Part shown: positions 1-9,971 of the stretch, one piece after another
Layout of the letters: the number at the start of each line of letters is the position of its first letter
How positions within the stretch are numbered: position 1 is the first letter of the stretch
From: an uncultured delta proteobacterium
GTDB lineage: Bacteria > Myxococcota_A > Polyangia > Fen-1088
Assembly (NCBI GenBank): GCA_963767925.1
Contig: CAVYGB010000008.1
Location: forward strand, 2,144,001 to 2,208,000
Length of the DNA stretch: 64,000 nt
Reading direction: 5' to 3'
Notes under the pieces: generated by a model
Seen by the model: only the letters and a program-made list of their open reading frames with translations
What the model was told of the DNA's origin: nothing
The model's database searches: none
Program-made: the position numbers and the translations under genes

Positions 1-520
1 TGCGGTACTGCTCGGTCTCCTCGGCGGTGAGCGGCCGGCGGTAGGCCCGCTTGCCGAAGTCCCGCAGGAGCTCGCCCAGGCACTCCGCCTCGGGGCGGGC
101 CGGCGGAGCGCAGGGGACGAGGCGAGCCATGTCGGCCACTGCCTTGGCGCCCAGGTCCTCGGCCACCTCGCGGTACTTCTCGAGCTGCAGCTCCTTGATT
201 GGCGCCTTGGCGTTGGCCGCGAAGCCACCTTCGTCCTCGTCGAGGCCGAAGCCGGCGGCGGGGTCGCCGCCGATGCCCAGCAGGTCGCGGACGGTGTTGT
301 TGTACTGGGCGCGGGTGAGGCGCCGCAGGGTGGTGGGAGCGAGATCGCCGCGCGCCTCGCCCGGCCGGGCGGGCTCCTGGCCGCCGCCGCCGGTGCCCCG
401 ATTCGGGTCGATCCCGCCCTCCCCGACCGGCCCGATGCTTCCGGTGCAGCCAGCGAGCGCGAGGAGCCCGAGCATGACCGGTCCGCGGTGCTGCCGGATC
501 ATGCAGAGACTTCGGTGCAT
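1..520 (-). CDS. DUF1587/DUF1595 (DUF1592-family) lipoprotein, 5' part only; the 3' end lies outside the window
   Basis: Not in the ORF track; translated by hand from the ATG at 520, which follows a GAGGT RBS. Reads MHRSLCMIRQHRGPVMLGLLALAGC (lipobox) ... LRRLTRAQYNNTVRDLLG (DUF1587-type) ... FGKRAYRRPLTAEE (DUF1595-type). Confidence 0.85.
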   Translation of the reverse strand, partial: MHRSLCMIRQHRGPVMLGLLALAGCTGSIGPVGEGGIDPNRGTGGGGQEPARPGEARGDLAPTTLRRLTRAQYNNTVRDLLGIGGDPAAGFGLDEDEGGFAANAKAPIKELQLEKYREVAEDLGAKAVADMARLVPCAPPARPEAECLGELLRDFGKRAYRRPLTAEETEQYR

Positions 521-740
521 CGAGAACCTCCTGAACGTTCGTCGGCGACCCTGCCGGGCCGGGGGAAGCTTCAGGCCCGCAGACGCGGACCTTGGTTAGA
601 TCTAGTGAGCCTGGGCGCCATTCGTCACCCATTTTCCCGCGACTCGGCTTACCTGCGCGGCTTGCCTGCGCGCTGGCCCGTTTCGATCCGGGATCTGACG
701 CACGCCTCAGATCCAGGAAAGTTGCCGTCGAACCGTTTTT

Positions 741-3700
741 CTAGTCGCGCACTTCGAGGCTGGCCAGCTTGCTCGCCACGAATCCGGGGCGGAAGGCCGC
801 AGCGCGCACCGTCGTCCCCGGCGCGACCCGGAACGCTCCCGTGTACCGGGGGGTCTCCGGCCCGGGGCCGGTGCCGTCGACCGTGTAGTGGATGGCGGCC
901 TCGGAATCGGGGTGGGCGAGCGTGATCTCGATCGGCCGCCCGCGCGGGCCGGGTGGCGCGCGGCGGATGGTGACCCCGGCCAGCGCCCCCGGACCGGGGA
1001 GCTCCTGGATCCAGGCGCGCAGCAGGTCCATCGCCTCCTGGTGCACGAGCAGGTTGCCGATCGGGGGCATCAACTTGCGCGACATGAAGGAGTAGACCCG
1101 CGAGCGCTCCGGCGAGCGGGGGTGGATCATCAGGTCAGCGACGTGGGTGACGTTGGGCCAGCGCACCGGCGCGCTGACCAGCGCCTGCCGGGCCAGCGGG
1201 ATGTCGTAACGGGCGTCGAAGGCGACCTGGGCGACCATGCCGGGCCGGTGGCATTGGGAGCAGTTGACGTCGAGGTACGAGCGCACCCGATCCTCGAGGG
1301 TGGCGGTTCGATCGCCGATCGGGACCAGCCTCCGGAAGCCGTGGATCTGCACCGGCTCGAGGGAGGTGTCGAGCAGGCCGCGGTCCTGGGCGAGAACGAG
1401 CTGGTTGACCCGCCCCTCGGCCACCGGGGCGTCGCGGTTCCACTGCCGGGTACTGGCGCCGAGGACGAAGCCGGCGGCGGCGGTGTGGCAGGCCGCGCAG
1501 TCCCCGTCACCCGGGTAGAGGTGATCCCGCACCTCACAGCGGATCGAGGCCTGGACGGTCGCCCGGGCGGGCGGACCCTGGCCGCTGGCGGCGGTGGACC
1601 GCAGCGCCGGGCCGACGAGGAGAGGCCCCTCCCCTTCTCCGGTCAGGGCCGCGGCCTCCTGCCAGAGGTGGCCGTCGGGGCCGGTGAACACCGTGAGGGT
1701 CCCGCGCGCGCGCTGCAGCCGGATCCACGACCCGGCGGGCGCCTCGACCTGGCTCACCGAGACGGGGCCGCCCGCGCGCTCGCGCCGCTCCAGCCGCAGC
1801 CGGCCGGCGCCCGGCTCCCAGGCGGCAAACAGGTGGGCCGCGGCGGCGGTCCGCTCCCGCCGGGCCATCAGCCCCACCGATCCGCCAGTGGCCGGCGCGA
1901 AGGCAGCGGCGACGTCGAAGTCTCCCGTCTCCGTGATCCCGGCGAACAGGGTGTCGCCCGGGGGGCTCTCGAGCTCCATCCGGCCGTCCGGGTTGGCGAT
2001 GGCGTCGCCGGGCGTCCCGCCCGTGAGGGTGGCCGCCTGCAGCGGTCCGAAGGCGCGCCGGGAGGTGGTGGTGAGGCGTTCGGTCACGGGCGCGGTCAGG
2101 AGGTCGGCGTCGCCTCCGTCGGCGCGCCACTTGTAGGTGCGACCGTAGACCCCGCCGGAGCGGTCGAGCACGAGCACCCGCGTCTCGAGGCGCCGCGTCT
2201 GCCGGACGTCGCGCTCGTCGACCCTCAGATCGAAGTGCTTGACCGCGACGGTGCCCGCCGGGAACGTCCAGTCCCCTTCGGCCCGGAAGCCGATCCGCTG
2301 GCCCGCCGGCAGGAGCAGCCAGCGGGTCTTGTCGGCGTGGTCCGACCAGAAGGGCGCGTTCACCTCGTAGGGGAACATCGCCGCCGCCGGCTTCAGGGCG
2401 GCGACGTCCTCGAACAGGCCGGTGTCCGACAGGGTGGCGGGGGCAGGCCGCTCGGCCTTCGGCGCCCGGACCAGCTTCTGCAGCGTCCCCGTGCCCCGGT
2501 GGTTGTCGCCGAGGACGCACAGGTAGGGCTCACCCTTGTCGTCGAGAGCGAAGGAGGAGAGCCCGGCGTAGACCGTCATGTGGATCGGCAGGCGCACCAG
2601 CGGCTCGACCGGGGCGGGGGCGGAGGCTCCACCGGCCAGCGACCAGATCTGGCCGCTGCCGTTGTCGCCGAACAGGTAGCGCCCGGTCAGCTCGGAGAAG
2701 GCGCCGCCCCGGTATACGAGGCCGCCGATCACCGAGCCGGAGGTCTGGTGGGTGAAGGTGAACAGGGGTCCGCGCTCGGCGCCGCGCAGGCTGGCCGGGC
2801 GGGGCCAGCGGGTCGGCTCGCTGCCCTCGAGGAAGTTCCACTGGTAGTTGCCGCCCCGCTCGACGACGTTGACCTCCTCGATGCGGCGGTCGCCGACGTC
2901 GCCGACGAAGATCCGGCGGGTGCCCGGGTCGTAGCTGGCCCGGTGGGGGTTGCGCAGGCCGATGGCGAAGAACTCCTCGAGGTGCGCGCCGCCGGGATGG
3001 AGCCAGGGGTTGTCGCTGGGGATGAAGTAGCCCTGGGTGCGCCCGCTCCTCGGCTGGCGGCGGATGGGGTGGCTGATGGCGCCGCCGCGGCGGTCGACGT
3101 CGATGCGCAGGAGGCCCGAGAGCAGGTCCCGGTCGATGCGCTGGGGATCGTCGGTCACCCCGATCCAGTAGTAGGTGCGGCTCTCGGTCAGCGGGTGGCC
3201 GCCGTCTCCCACCGCCAGGTAGAGGAAGCCGTCGTCGGGGTGGAAGAACATGCCGCCGCCCTGGTGGTCCGTGTTGCTGCGCGGCTGATCGATGAGGACC
3301 AGCTCCGACGCCGGATCGGCGGTGAGCGAGCCGTCTGGCAAGGTGAAGCGCGACAGGCGGTTGCTGCTGGGGTGGCCCAGGTAGGGCTGCTCGGGTCCCC
3401 GGGGCGCCTTCTCGGTGTGGTTGTACCAGATGTAAAAGTAGCCACGGTTGGGCGAGCCGGGCCGGCCGAAGTCCGGGTGGAACACGAGGTTGAGCAGGCC
3501 GCTGTCCTGCCAGCCGAGGGTGTGCGCCCGCAGGTCCAGGACGGCGTGTTTGTCCCGGGCGTCCTCCCGGTTCGCCACCGTCACGATGCGCCCCTCGCGC
3601 TCGCCGATGAACCAGCGCCCGGGGCTCCGGGGCGGCATCACCGCGAAGACCGGATTCTGGAAGCGGAGGTGCGGCAGCGCGTTCCGGATGGTGAAGGCCC

Positions 3701-3833
3701 GGTCCGGCTCGTCGAGCGGCATGCGCGACGGCGAGGGGGGCGGGCCGGAGCGACAGGAGGCCACCCCCAGGCCGGCGGCGAGGAGGACCGCCAGGGCGAG
3801 GTTCCAAAACGGCAGGGTCAACACGGCCGGCAA
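741..3833 (-). CDS. PQQ-dependent sugar dehydrogenase (GSDH/soluble GDH-type propeller) lipoprotein with a cytochrome-c region and a C-terminal chitobiase/Fn3-associated domain
   Basis: Lipobox VASC. GSDH motifs GLLNLVFHPDF, LYLAVGDGG, AIGLRNPHR, EEVNVVERGGNYQW. Motif PYEVNAPFWSDHADKTRW. Two CxxCH sites (CAACH, CSQCH). C-terminal IHYTVDGTGP...YTGAF...TVRAAAF. Confidence 0.85.
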   Translation of the reverse strand: MPAVLTLPFWNLALAVLLAAGLGVASCRSGPPPSPSRMPLDEPDRAFTIRNALPHLRFQNPVFAVMPPRSPGRWFIGEREGRIVTVANREDARDKHAVLDLRAHTLGWQDSGLLNLVFHPDFGRPGSPNRGYFYIWYNHTEKAPRGPEQPYLGHPSSNRLSRFTLPDGSLTADPASELVLIDQPRSNTDHQGGGMFFHPDDGFLYLAVGDGGHPLTESRTYYWIGVTDDPQRIDRDLLSGLLRIDVDRRGGAISHPIRRQPRSGRTQGYFIPSDNPWLHPGGAHLEEFFAIGLRNPHRASYDPGTRRIFVGDVGDRRIEEVNVVERGGNYQWNFLEGSEPTRWPRPASLRGAERGPLFTFTHQTSGSVIGGLVYRGGAFSELTGRYLFGDNGSGQIWSLAGGASAPAPVEPLVRLPIHMTVYAGLSSFALDDKGEPYLCVLGDNHRGTGTLQKLVRAPKAERPAPATLSDTGLFEDVAALKPAAAMFPYEVNAPFWSDHADKTRWLLLPAGQRIGFRAEGDWTFPAGTVAVKHFDLRVDERDVRQTRRLETRVLVLDRSGGVYGRTYKWRADGGDADLLTAPVTERLTTTSRRAFGPLQAATLTGGTPGDAIANPDGRMELESPPGDTLFAGITETGDFDVAAAFAPATGGSVGLMARRERTAAAAHLFAAWEPGAGRLRLERRERAGGPVSVSQVEAPAGSWIRLQRARGTLTVFTGPDGHLWQEAAALTGEGEGPLLVGPALRSTAASGQGPPARATVQASIRCEVRDHLYPGDGDCAACHTAAAGFVLGASTRQWNRDAPVAEGRVNQLVLAQDRGLLDTSLEPVQIHGFRRLVPIGDRTATLEDRVRSYLDVNCSQCHRPGMVAQVAFDARYDIPLARQALVSAPVRWPNVTHVADLMIHPRSPERSRVYSFMSRKLMPPIGNLLVHQEAMDLLRAWIQELPGPGALAGVTIRRAPPGPRGRPIEITLAHPDSEAAIHYTVDGTGPGPETPRYTGAFRVAPGTTVRAAAFRPGFVASKLASLEVRD

Positions 3834-3885
3834 TCTACTCCGCCGCCCGGCCGGCGCCGAAGGGGCGTTGCACCGGCCAGGCGGG

Positions 3886-4431
3886 TCATTCGGGCTTGCC
3901 GGTCTCGACGAAGCGTACGAGACGCGCCGCCTGCTCGCCGATGACCCGGTCGACCGGCCCGGCGAGCGAGGTCAGACCGTGGGACGGGTCGCCGCTGACT
4001 CGGTAGGTGACGATCAGGTTCGTCACCGCGGGCTGGTTGGCCGCCGCGGGGCGGGGATCGAGGTGGAAGGTGAGGACCCCGGTCACCGCCAGGCCCAGCA
4101 GGGGGCCCAGGGCCGCGCTCAGGCGCAGGAGCTTGTCGCGCTCGGCCTGCACCACCCGGCCGTGCTCCACGCTCCCGTCCTTCCAGCGCTCGCAGAAGCA
4201 GGCCCCCGCTTCGGTGCGCAGGCTGAGGTGGGCGGCGCTGCCCGAAAACGTGTGCTGGCTGCTCCACCAGCGGTCGACCCGGCCGAAGGCCCGGTAGACC
4301 GCGGCGGCGGGCGCGGTTGTCGAGAGCTTGTGGGCCACGGTCAGGGCGTGGGCGGCCGAGCTTGTCACCTCGGCGCGGGCGGCGGTCGCCGGCAAGATCA
4401 GCAGGAGGCAGAGGAGGGGGCGCGATCTCAT
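3886..4431 (-). CDS. Secreted SRPBCC/START-like (AHSA1-type) protein
   Basis: Signal peptide followed by VYRAFGRVDRWWSSQHTFSGSAAHLSL...GACFCERW...VEHGRVV...LLRLSAALGPL. Confidence 0.75.
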   Translation of the reverse strand: MRSRPLLCLLLILPATAARAEVTSSAAHALTVAHKLSTTAPAAAVYRAFGRVDRWWSSQHTFSGSAAHLSLRTEAGACFCERWKDGSVEHGRVVQAERDKLLRLSAALGPLLGLAVTGVLTFHLDPRPAAANQPAVTNLIVTYRVSGDPSHGLTSLAGPVDRVIGEQAARLVRFVETGKPE

Positions 4432-4471
4432 CCCAATCGTTTTATCACCCGCCGACCCCGCCCGATCGCGC

Positions 4472-4693
4472 TCAGGTCTTCATCGGGGGCGTCGGCTCGG
4501 GTGGGTCGATCGGCGGTTCGGTGGGCGGCTCGCGCGGCCACTCGGCCGGCGGCTCCCTGGGCGGATCGTTGCGCGGGGGCTCCTCCGGGGGCGGGTCGCC
4601 GGCAGGCGGCAGCACGGGGGGCGTCGGTTCGGGCGGATCCTGGATCGGCTCGGGGCCTGGAGGGCCGCCGGGGTCGCGGATGGGTTCGCTCAC
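4472..4693 (-). CDS. Small Pro/Glu-rich low-complexity protein
   Basis: 73 aa ORF made of repeated DPPEPTPP / PPREPP units. It fills the gap upstream of the SRPBCC gene in the same orientation. Confidence 0.5.
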   Translation of the reverse strand: MSEPIRDPGGPPGPEPIQDPPEPTPPVLPPAGDPPPEEPPRNDPPREPPAEWPREPPTEPPIDPPEPTPPMKT

Positions 4694-4962
4694 CGGGACA
4701 AGGTGGGTCCGCCCCGGGCCGGCGTCGACGACGCAACGCCGCTAGACCGGAGTCCGGGCAGGCGAACACCTGTCCAGGGAGACTAGGTGGGGCTCACCTC
4801 GCGCATGCACACCTGCCCTCGCAGCTCTCGGGCGAGCAGCCGCAGCGGGTGGCCATCTTCGTCGTCACCTGCCGCTTGCCGGACCCGCCGCAAGCGGCCT
4901 GACGACTCTCACCGTCGGGCCTGGCCGGCCCGGGCAGCCTGTGGGATACCGGATGGTCGACC

Positions 4963-7320
4963 ATGTCGAAGCACGCACACCACGGAGGCGCGCCCCTCTC
5001 TTCCCTGCCGACCGAGACCGATCCGGTGTGTGGGATGAAGGTCGCCGCCGACGGCCCCCTGCACACGACGTTCGAGGGCAAGACCTACCGGTTCTGTGGC
5101 CGGCGCTGTCTGGCCCGGTTCCAGGCCGATCCGCCCGCCTTCCTCCGCCAGGCCGAGGCGACCGCGCCGGCTCGCCCGGCGGCGGCGCCCGCCGCCAGCG
5201 CCGGCAGCGAATGGACCTGCCCGATGCACCCGGAGATCGTGCGGAGCAGGCCGGGGAGCTGCCCGATCTGCGGCATGGCCCTCGAGCCCCGGACCGTCGA
5301 TGCGAGCGCCCAGGAGAACCCCGAGCTGGTCGACATGCGCCGTCGCCTCTGGGTGAGCGCCCTGCTGACGGCGCCCCTGGTGGTCATCGCCATGGCCGAC
5401 CTGCTCCCCGGGGCCTGGGCCCACCGGTTGAGCGGGAGCCCCCTGCGGACCTGGACCCAGCTCGTCCTCGCGACGCCGGTCGTGCTCTGGGGGGGCTGGC
5501 CCTTCTTCCAGCGGGGCTACCAGTCCCTGGTCAACCGCAGCCTCAACATGTTCTCGCTGATCGCCCTCGGGGTGGGCGTGGCCTACCTGTACAGCCTGGT
5601 GGCGACCGCCCTGCCCGGCCTGTTCCCGGCCTCCCTGCGCGACCACGCCGGCCAGGTGGGCGTCTACTTCGAGGCGGCGGCGGTGATCGTCACCCTCGTG
5701 CTGGTGGGACAGGTGCTCGAGCTGCGCGCCCGGGGGCGGACCGGCGCGGCCCTGCGCAGCCTGCTCGAGCTGGTGCCGCCGCAGGCCCGGCGGCTGCGCA
5801 CCGACGGGACCGAGGAGGACGTCGCGGTGGCCGAGATCCGGGTGGGCGACCGCCTGCGGGTCCGCCCGGGCGAGAAGCTCCCGGTCGACGGCAGCGTGCT
5901 CGAGGGCCACAGCGTTGTCGACGAGGCGATGCTGACCGGGGAGCCCCTCCCGGTCGAAAAGCAGGCGCGGGCCACGGTCTCGGCCGGGACGGTCAACGGC
6001 AACGGGACGCTTGTCGTGCGGGCGGACCGGGTGGGGGCCGAGACGCTGCTGGCCCAGATCGTCCAGCTCGTGGGACAGGCCCAGCGCAGCCGGGCGCCCG
6101 TCCAGCGGCTGGCCGACCGGGTCTCGGCGATCTTCGTGCCGCTGGTGATGGCGGTCGCGGTCCTGACCTTCGTGGTGTGGGCCCTCGCGGGACCGCCGCC
6201 CCGCCTGACCTACGCCCTGGTCAACGCCATCTCCGTGCTGATCATCGCCTGCCCCTGCGCCCTGGGGCTGGCCACGCCGATGTCGATCATGGTCGCGGTC
6301 GGGCGGGCGGCCACCCTTGGGATCCTGTTCCGCAACGCCGAGGCGATCGAGGTGCTGCGCAAGGTCGACACCCTGGTGGTGGACAAGACCGGCACCCTCA
6401 CCGAGGGCAAGCCGACCCTGGTGGCGGTTGTGCCGGCGCGCGATCAGGACGAGCGGGCGATGCTGGCGGCGGCGGTGAGCCTCGAGCGGGCCAGCGAGCA
6501 CCCGCTGGCCGGGGCCATCGTCAAGGGCGTGGAAGCGCGGGGCATCGCCCCCGAGCCGGTGCAGCGCTTCGAGGCCATCCCCGGCCGGGGGGTCCAGGGC
6601 GACGTCGCCGGCCGCCGGGTGCTGGTCGGCAACCTCAAGCTGCTCGAGGAGCAGGGGATCGCGCTCGGTGAGCTGGCGGGCTGGGCCGACCAGCTCCGGT
6701 CCGACGGGAACACCGTCATGTTCGTCGCCATCGAGGGGCGGGCGGCCGGGCTGCTCGCGGTGGCCGATCCCATCAAGGCCTCCACGCCCGAGGCGGTCGC
6801 CGCCCTGCGGGCCGAGGGGCTGGACCTCGTGATGATGACCGGGGACAATCGCATCACAGCCGAGGCGGTCGCGCGCAAGCTGGGCATCGAGGTGGTGGTG
6901 GCCGAGGTGCTGCCCGCCGGGAAGGCCGGTCAGATCGCCCGCCTGCAGAAGGCCGGCCGGCGGGTGGCGATGGCCGGCGACGGCATCAACGACGCGCCCG
7001 CCCTGGCCCAGGCCGAGGTGGGGATCGCGATGGGCACGGGGGCCGACATCGCCAAGGAGAGCGCCCAGGTCGTCCTGGTACGGGGGGACCTGCGGGGCAT
7101 CGTGCGCGCGCGCCGCCTCTCGCAGGCAACCATGCGCAACATCGGGCAGAACCTGTTCTTCGCCTTCGTCTACAACGCCCTCGGCGTCCCCCTCGGCGCC
7201 GGGGTGCTCTACCCCGTGTTCGGGGTGCTGCTGTCGCCGATGTTCGCCGCGGGGGCCATGGCGCTCAGCTCGGTGTCGGTGATCGCGAACGCCCTCCGGC
7301 TGCGCGCGACCCGCGTCTAG
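4963..7320 (+). CDS. copA: Heavy-metal (Cu+/Ag+) P1B-type ATPase with N-terminal YHS and CPMH metal-binding domains
   Basis: DPVCGM...YRFCGRRC (YHS), WTCPMHPEI...[13 protein letters not shown], transmembrane CPC, DKTGT phosphorylation site, [16 protein letters not shown] and MALSS transmembrane motifs. Confidence 0.95.
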   Translation: MSKHAHHGGAPLSSLPTETDPVCGMKVAADGPLHTTFEGKTYRFCGRRCLARFQADPPAFLRQAEATAPARPAAAPAASAGSEWTCPMHPEIVRSRPGSCPICGMALEPRTVDASAQENPELVDMRRRLWVSALLTAPLVVIAMADLLPGAWAHRLSGSPLRTWTQLVLATPVVLWGGWPFFQRGYQSLVNRSLNMFSLIALGVGVAYLYSLVATALPGLFPASLRDHAGQVGVYFEAAAVIVTLVLVGQVLELRARGRTGAALRSLLELVPPQARRLRTDGTEEDVAVAEIRVGDRLRVRPGEKLPVDGSVLEGHSVVDEAMLTGEPLPVEKQARATVSAGTVNGNGTLVVRADRVGAETLLAQIVQLVGQAQRSRAPVQRLADRVSAIFVPLVMAVAVLTFVVWALAGPPPRLTYALVNAISVLIIACPCALGLATPMSIMVAVGRAATLGILFRNAEAIEVLRKVDTLVVDKTGTLTEGKPTLVAVVPARDQDERAMLAAAVSLERASEHPLAGAIVKGVEARGIAPEPVQRFEAIPGRGVQGDVAGRRVLVGNLKLLEEQGIALGELAGWADQLRSDGNTVMFVAIEGRAAGLLAVADPIKASTPEAVAALRAEGLDLVMMTGDNRITAEAVARKLGIEVVVAEVLPAGKAGQIARLQKAGRRVAMAGDGINDAPALAQAEVGIAMGTGADIAKESAQVVLVRGDLRGIVRARRLSQATMRNIGQNLFFAFVYNALGVPLGAGVLYPVFGVLLSPMFAAGAMALSSVSVIANALRLRATRV

Positions 7321-7437
7321 TGTCACACTAGCCGCCTCGAGCGACAGCGGTCCCCTCGAGGGATCGGGGCGCCGGCGCGGGCGCGTGGGATCCGGGCGAC
7401 GGCTGCGGGCACGCCGGCTGCAGTGGGCAGGGGCAGG

Positions 7438-8135
7438 ATGAAACCTGCCTGGCTCGTGATCTTCCCGTTCGCCGCGGCGATCGGGATCGCGCCCGTTCTA
7501 TCGACCCACGCCGCGCCGCCGGCCCCACCCCTCCACAGCAAGCCCGCGCTCCCCCTCGAAGCGGTGCCCTGGACGGAGCGGACCCGGCCGCGATCGGCCC
7601 GCCCCGCGCCCGCGCCGAGTGGGCCCCTGCTGACGCTCGACCAGTTCATCGGCCAGCGGCAACAGCAGATCCACCGCCTCAACCAGGTGGTGCTCGACAA
7701 GTTTCAGCGGCTGCTGCGGGTGACGGCGCCCGATGACACAAACCGGGCCGACCTGCACTACCGCATCGCCGAGCTGTACGCCGAGCAGCAGCGGCACCAC
7801 CGCTTCCTCACGCGGGCGATGGACCAGCCGATCTTCGAGGCCAGCGGGGCGCGGCGCGCGGCCTTGCAGGAGGAGCAGCGGCAACACGCCCGCCAGGAGG
7901 CGGCCTGGAAGATCAAGGCGGTCGAGTCGTACCTGCAGCCCCGCTCACCGCCGACGCCGACTTCACCCGGGAGATGGTCTCGATCCCTAGCGACGGCCTC
8001 GTCCGGGAGGCCAAGCGGCACGAGCGGGCGAAGAACTTCCGGGCCTGCGCCCGCGCCATGTTGCAGGCCGCCGAGTCGCTGCCCACCCACGCTCGCCGCG
8101 CCGAACGCCTGCACGACGCCGCCTACATGATGGCG
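7438..8135 (+). pseudogene. Truncated, internally deleted remnant of a large secreted TPR protein resembling gliding-motility GltD/AgmU-type proteins
   Basis: Signal peptide, then ...DKFQRLLRVTAPDDTNRADLHYRIAELYAEQQR... The homology-like sequence stops near 7935. A second TPR-like piece (DGLVREAKRHERAKNFRACARAMLQAAESLPTHARRAERLHDAAY) follows in another frame from 7974. The family match is from memory. Confidence 0.5.
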
Positions 8136-8467
8136 TTATTCGTCCAGCGCCGGGCGGCGCCGATCGGCTCGGGCCGCACCTCGTCGCGGGCCAGGGCCCG
8201 GGCCCGCACCCGGAGCTGGGTGTCGCGCTGGCGGAGGGCTCGGCGCAGGCGCCGACAGGCTGGGGAACCGGTCGCCCTGCGCGGTGGCCAGCGCCCGGTT
8301 GATCACCGGCCCGACCGGGGCAGATCGGCCAGGCCGATGGGGGTGAGATCGGCGCGGGTGGTCCGGGCGGAAGGAACGGTGGCGCCGCGGTGCGGGTTGT
8401 GTCCAGGCAGTCCATGGTCGACGGGGGTTCGTCTCCCTGGTGAGCGGACGTTTCTGGCACATTGTAG

Positions 8468-8683
8468 CCCAGGCGTGATGGCGGCCTGCGACGACTTTCT
8501 TGCCGCGCTCGCCTCCCGGGGCGGGACGCGGATCGGCGCGCCATCGTGCTCGAGGCGCTGGCGGCTTCGGGAGGGAATCAGAAGCTGCCGGCGGAGCACC
8601 TGGGGATCAACCGGCGGACGCTGCCGCGCTGGCTGGATCAGCTCGGCGTCGTTCGGCCGCGCAGCAGCGTGCGACACCCCTGA
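8468..8683 (+). pseudogene. Orphan Fis-type (HTH_8) helix-turn-helix fragment from a sigma54-activator C-terminus
   Basis: Hand translation of the frame open from 8468 to the TGA at 8681-8683: ...RRAIVLEALAASGGNQKLPAEHLGINRRTLPRWLDQLGVVRPRSSVRHP*. No in-frame ATG and no AAA domain. Confidence 0.65.
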
Positions 8684-8689
8684 GCGGGC

Positions 8690-9871
8690 TCAGCGGGTGT
8701 ACATCGTCACGACGCAGGCGCCGCCGAGGCCCAGGTTGTGCTGGAGGGCGATCGCGGCGCCCTCGACCTGGCGGCTGCCGCAGCGGCCGCGGAGCTGCTG
8801 GTTGAGCTCGAAGCACTGGGCCAGGCCGGTGGCGCCGAGGGGGTGGCCTTTCGAGAGCAGGCCGCCCGAGGGGTTGACCACCCAGCGTCCGCCATAAGTT
8901 GTGGCGTCCTCGTCCACCAGCTTGCCCCCCTCCCCTTCCCCACACAGGCCCAGGCCCTCGTAGGTGATGAGCTCGTTGGTGGTGAAGCAGTCGTGCAGCT
9001 CGATGACGTCGACCTCGTCGGGCCCCACTCCGCTCTCCTCGTACACCTCGCGGGCGGCCGCCCGGGTCATGTCGAGGCCGATCATCTTGATCATCGAGCG
9101 GGGCTCGAAAGAGGAGGAGAAGTCGGTCTTCAGCGCCATGCTGGCGATGGTCACCGCCCCCTCGATGCCGCGGCGGCGGGCGAAGTCCTCCGAGCAGACA
9201 ACGGCGGCGGCGGCGCCGTCGGTTGTCGGACAGCACTGGAACCTGGTCAGGGGGTCGAAGATCATCGGCGAGGCCAGGACCTCCTCCACGGTGCAGGCCT
9301 GGCGGAACTGCGAGCGCTCGTTGTCGACGGCGTGACGCCGGTTCTTGGCCGCGATCTTGGCGAGCTGGCGCGCCGTGGTCCCGTATTGCCGCATGTGCTC
9401 GCGCCCGGCACCCCCGAACATCTGCGCCGGGAAGGGGGCCTCGGCGTCCCCCTGCACCTCGTTCATGACCTCCATGTGTCGGTCGAGGGGGTTGGTCCGG
9501 TCGCCATAGCGGGTGGTGAGCGACCCCTTCTCCATCTTCTCGAACCCCAGGGCCAGGACACACTCCGAGATGCCCGACCCCACCGCCTGGTAGGCGAGCA
9601 TCAAGGCGGTCGATCCGGTCGAGCAGTTGTTGTTCACGTTGTAGACGGGGATGCCGGTCAAGCCGAGCTGGTAGATGGCCCGCTGGCCGCTCGTCGAGTC
9701 TCCGTACACGTAGCCCACGTAGGCCTGCTGGATCTCGTGGTAGCCCACACCGGCGTCGGCCAGGGCCGCCTCCCCCGCCTCCCGGGTCAGGGTGGGATAG
9801 TCCATCGTCCCGGGCTTGAAGAACCGGGTCATGCCGACCCCTGCCACGCAAACCTTGCGGGCGAGCTTCAT
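8690..9871 (-). CDS. SCP-x-type thiolase / lipid-transfer protein (Ltp family)
   Basis: Start taken at [17 protein letters not shown]. Motifs [71 protein letters not shown]. Confidence 0.92.
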   Translation of the reverse strand: MKLARKVCVAGVGMTRFFKPGTMDYPTLTREAGEAALADAGVGYHEIQQAYVGYVYGDSTSGQRAIYQLGLTGIPVYNVNNNCSTGSTALMLAYQAVGSGISECVLALGFEKMEKGSLTTRYGDRTNPLDRHMEVMNEVQGDAEAPFPAQMFGGAGREHMRQYGTTARQLAKIAAKNRRHAVDNERSQFRQACTVEEVLASPMIFDPLTRFQCCPTTDGAAAAVVCSEDFARRRGIEGAVTIASMALKTDFSSSFEPRSMIKMIGLDMTRAAAREVYEESGVGPDEVDVIELHDCFTTNELITYEGLGLCGEGEGGKLVDEDATTYGGRWVVNPSGGLLSKGHPLGATGLAQCFELNQQLRGRCGSRQVEGAAIALQHNLGLGGACVVTMYTR

Positions 9872-9971
9872 GCCCAAAGGGTAGCACCCGACCGATCGGA
9901 GGCGGTCCGGTAATCCAGCAAAGGACTCCCGCGCAGGCGGGGGCGACCCCACCTTGCGGGCAGAGGATCAA

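Noticed and set aside
888..3944. Very long opposite-strand or alternate-frame ORFs (e.g. 888-3944 +, 4909-7326 -, 18224-21682 -, 35249-38524 +)
   Set aside because: They are shadow ORFs expected in very GC-rich DNA. Each overlaps a well-supported gene and carries no family motifs.
4472..4693. Pro-rich repeat peptide as a RiPP precursor
   Set aside because: No modifying enzyme, peptidase or exporter lies nearby. It is best treated as a low-complexity protein.
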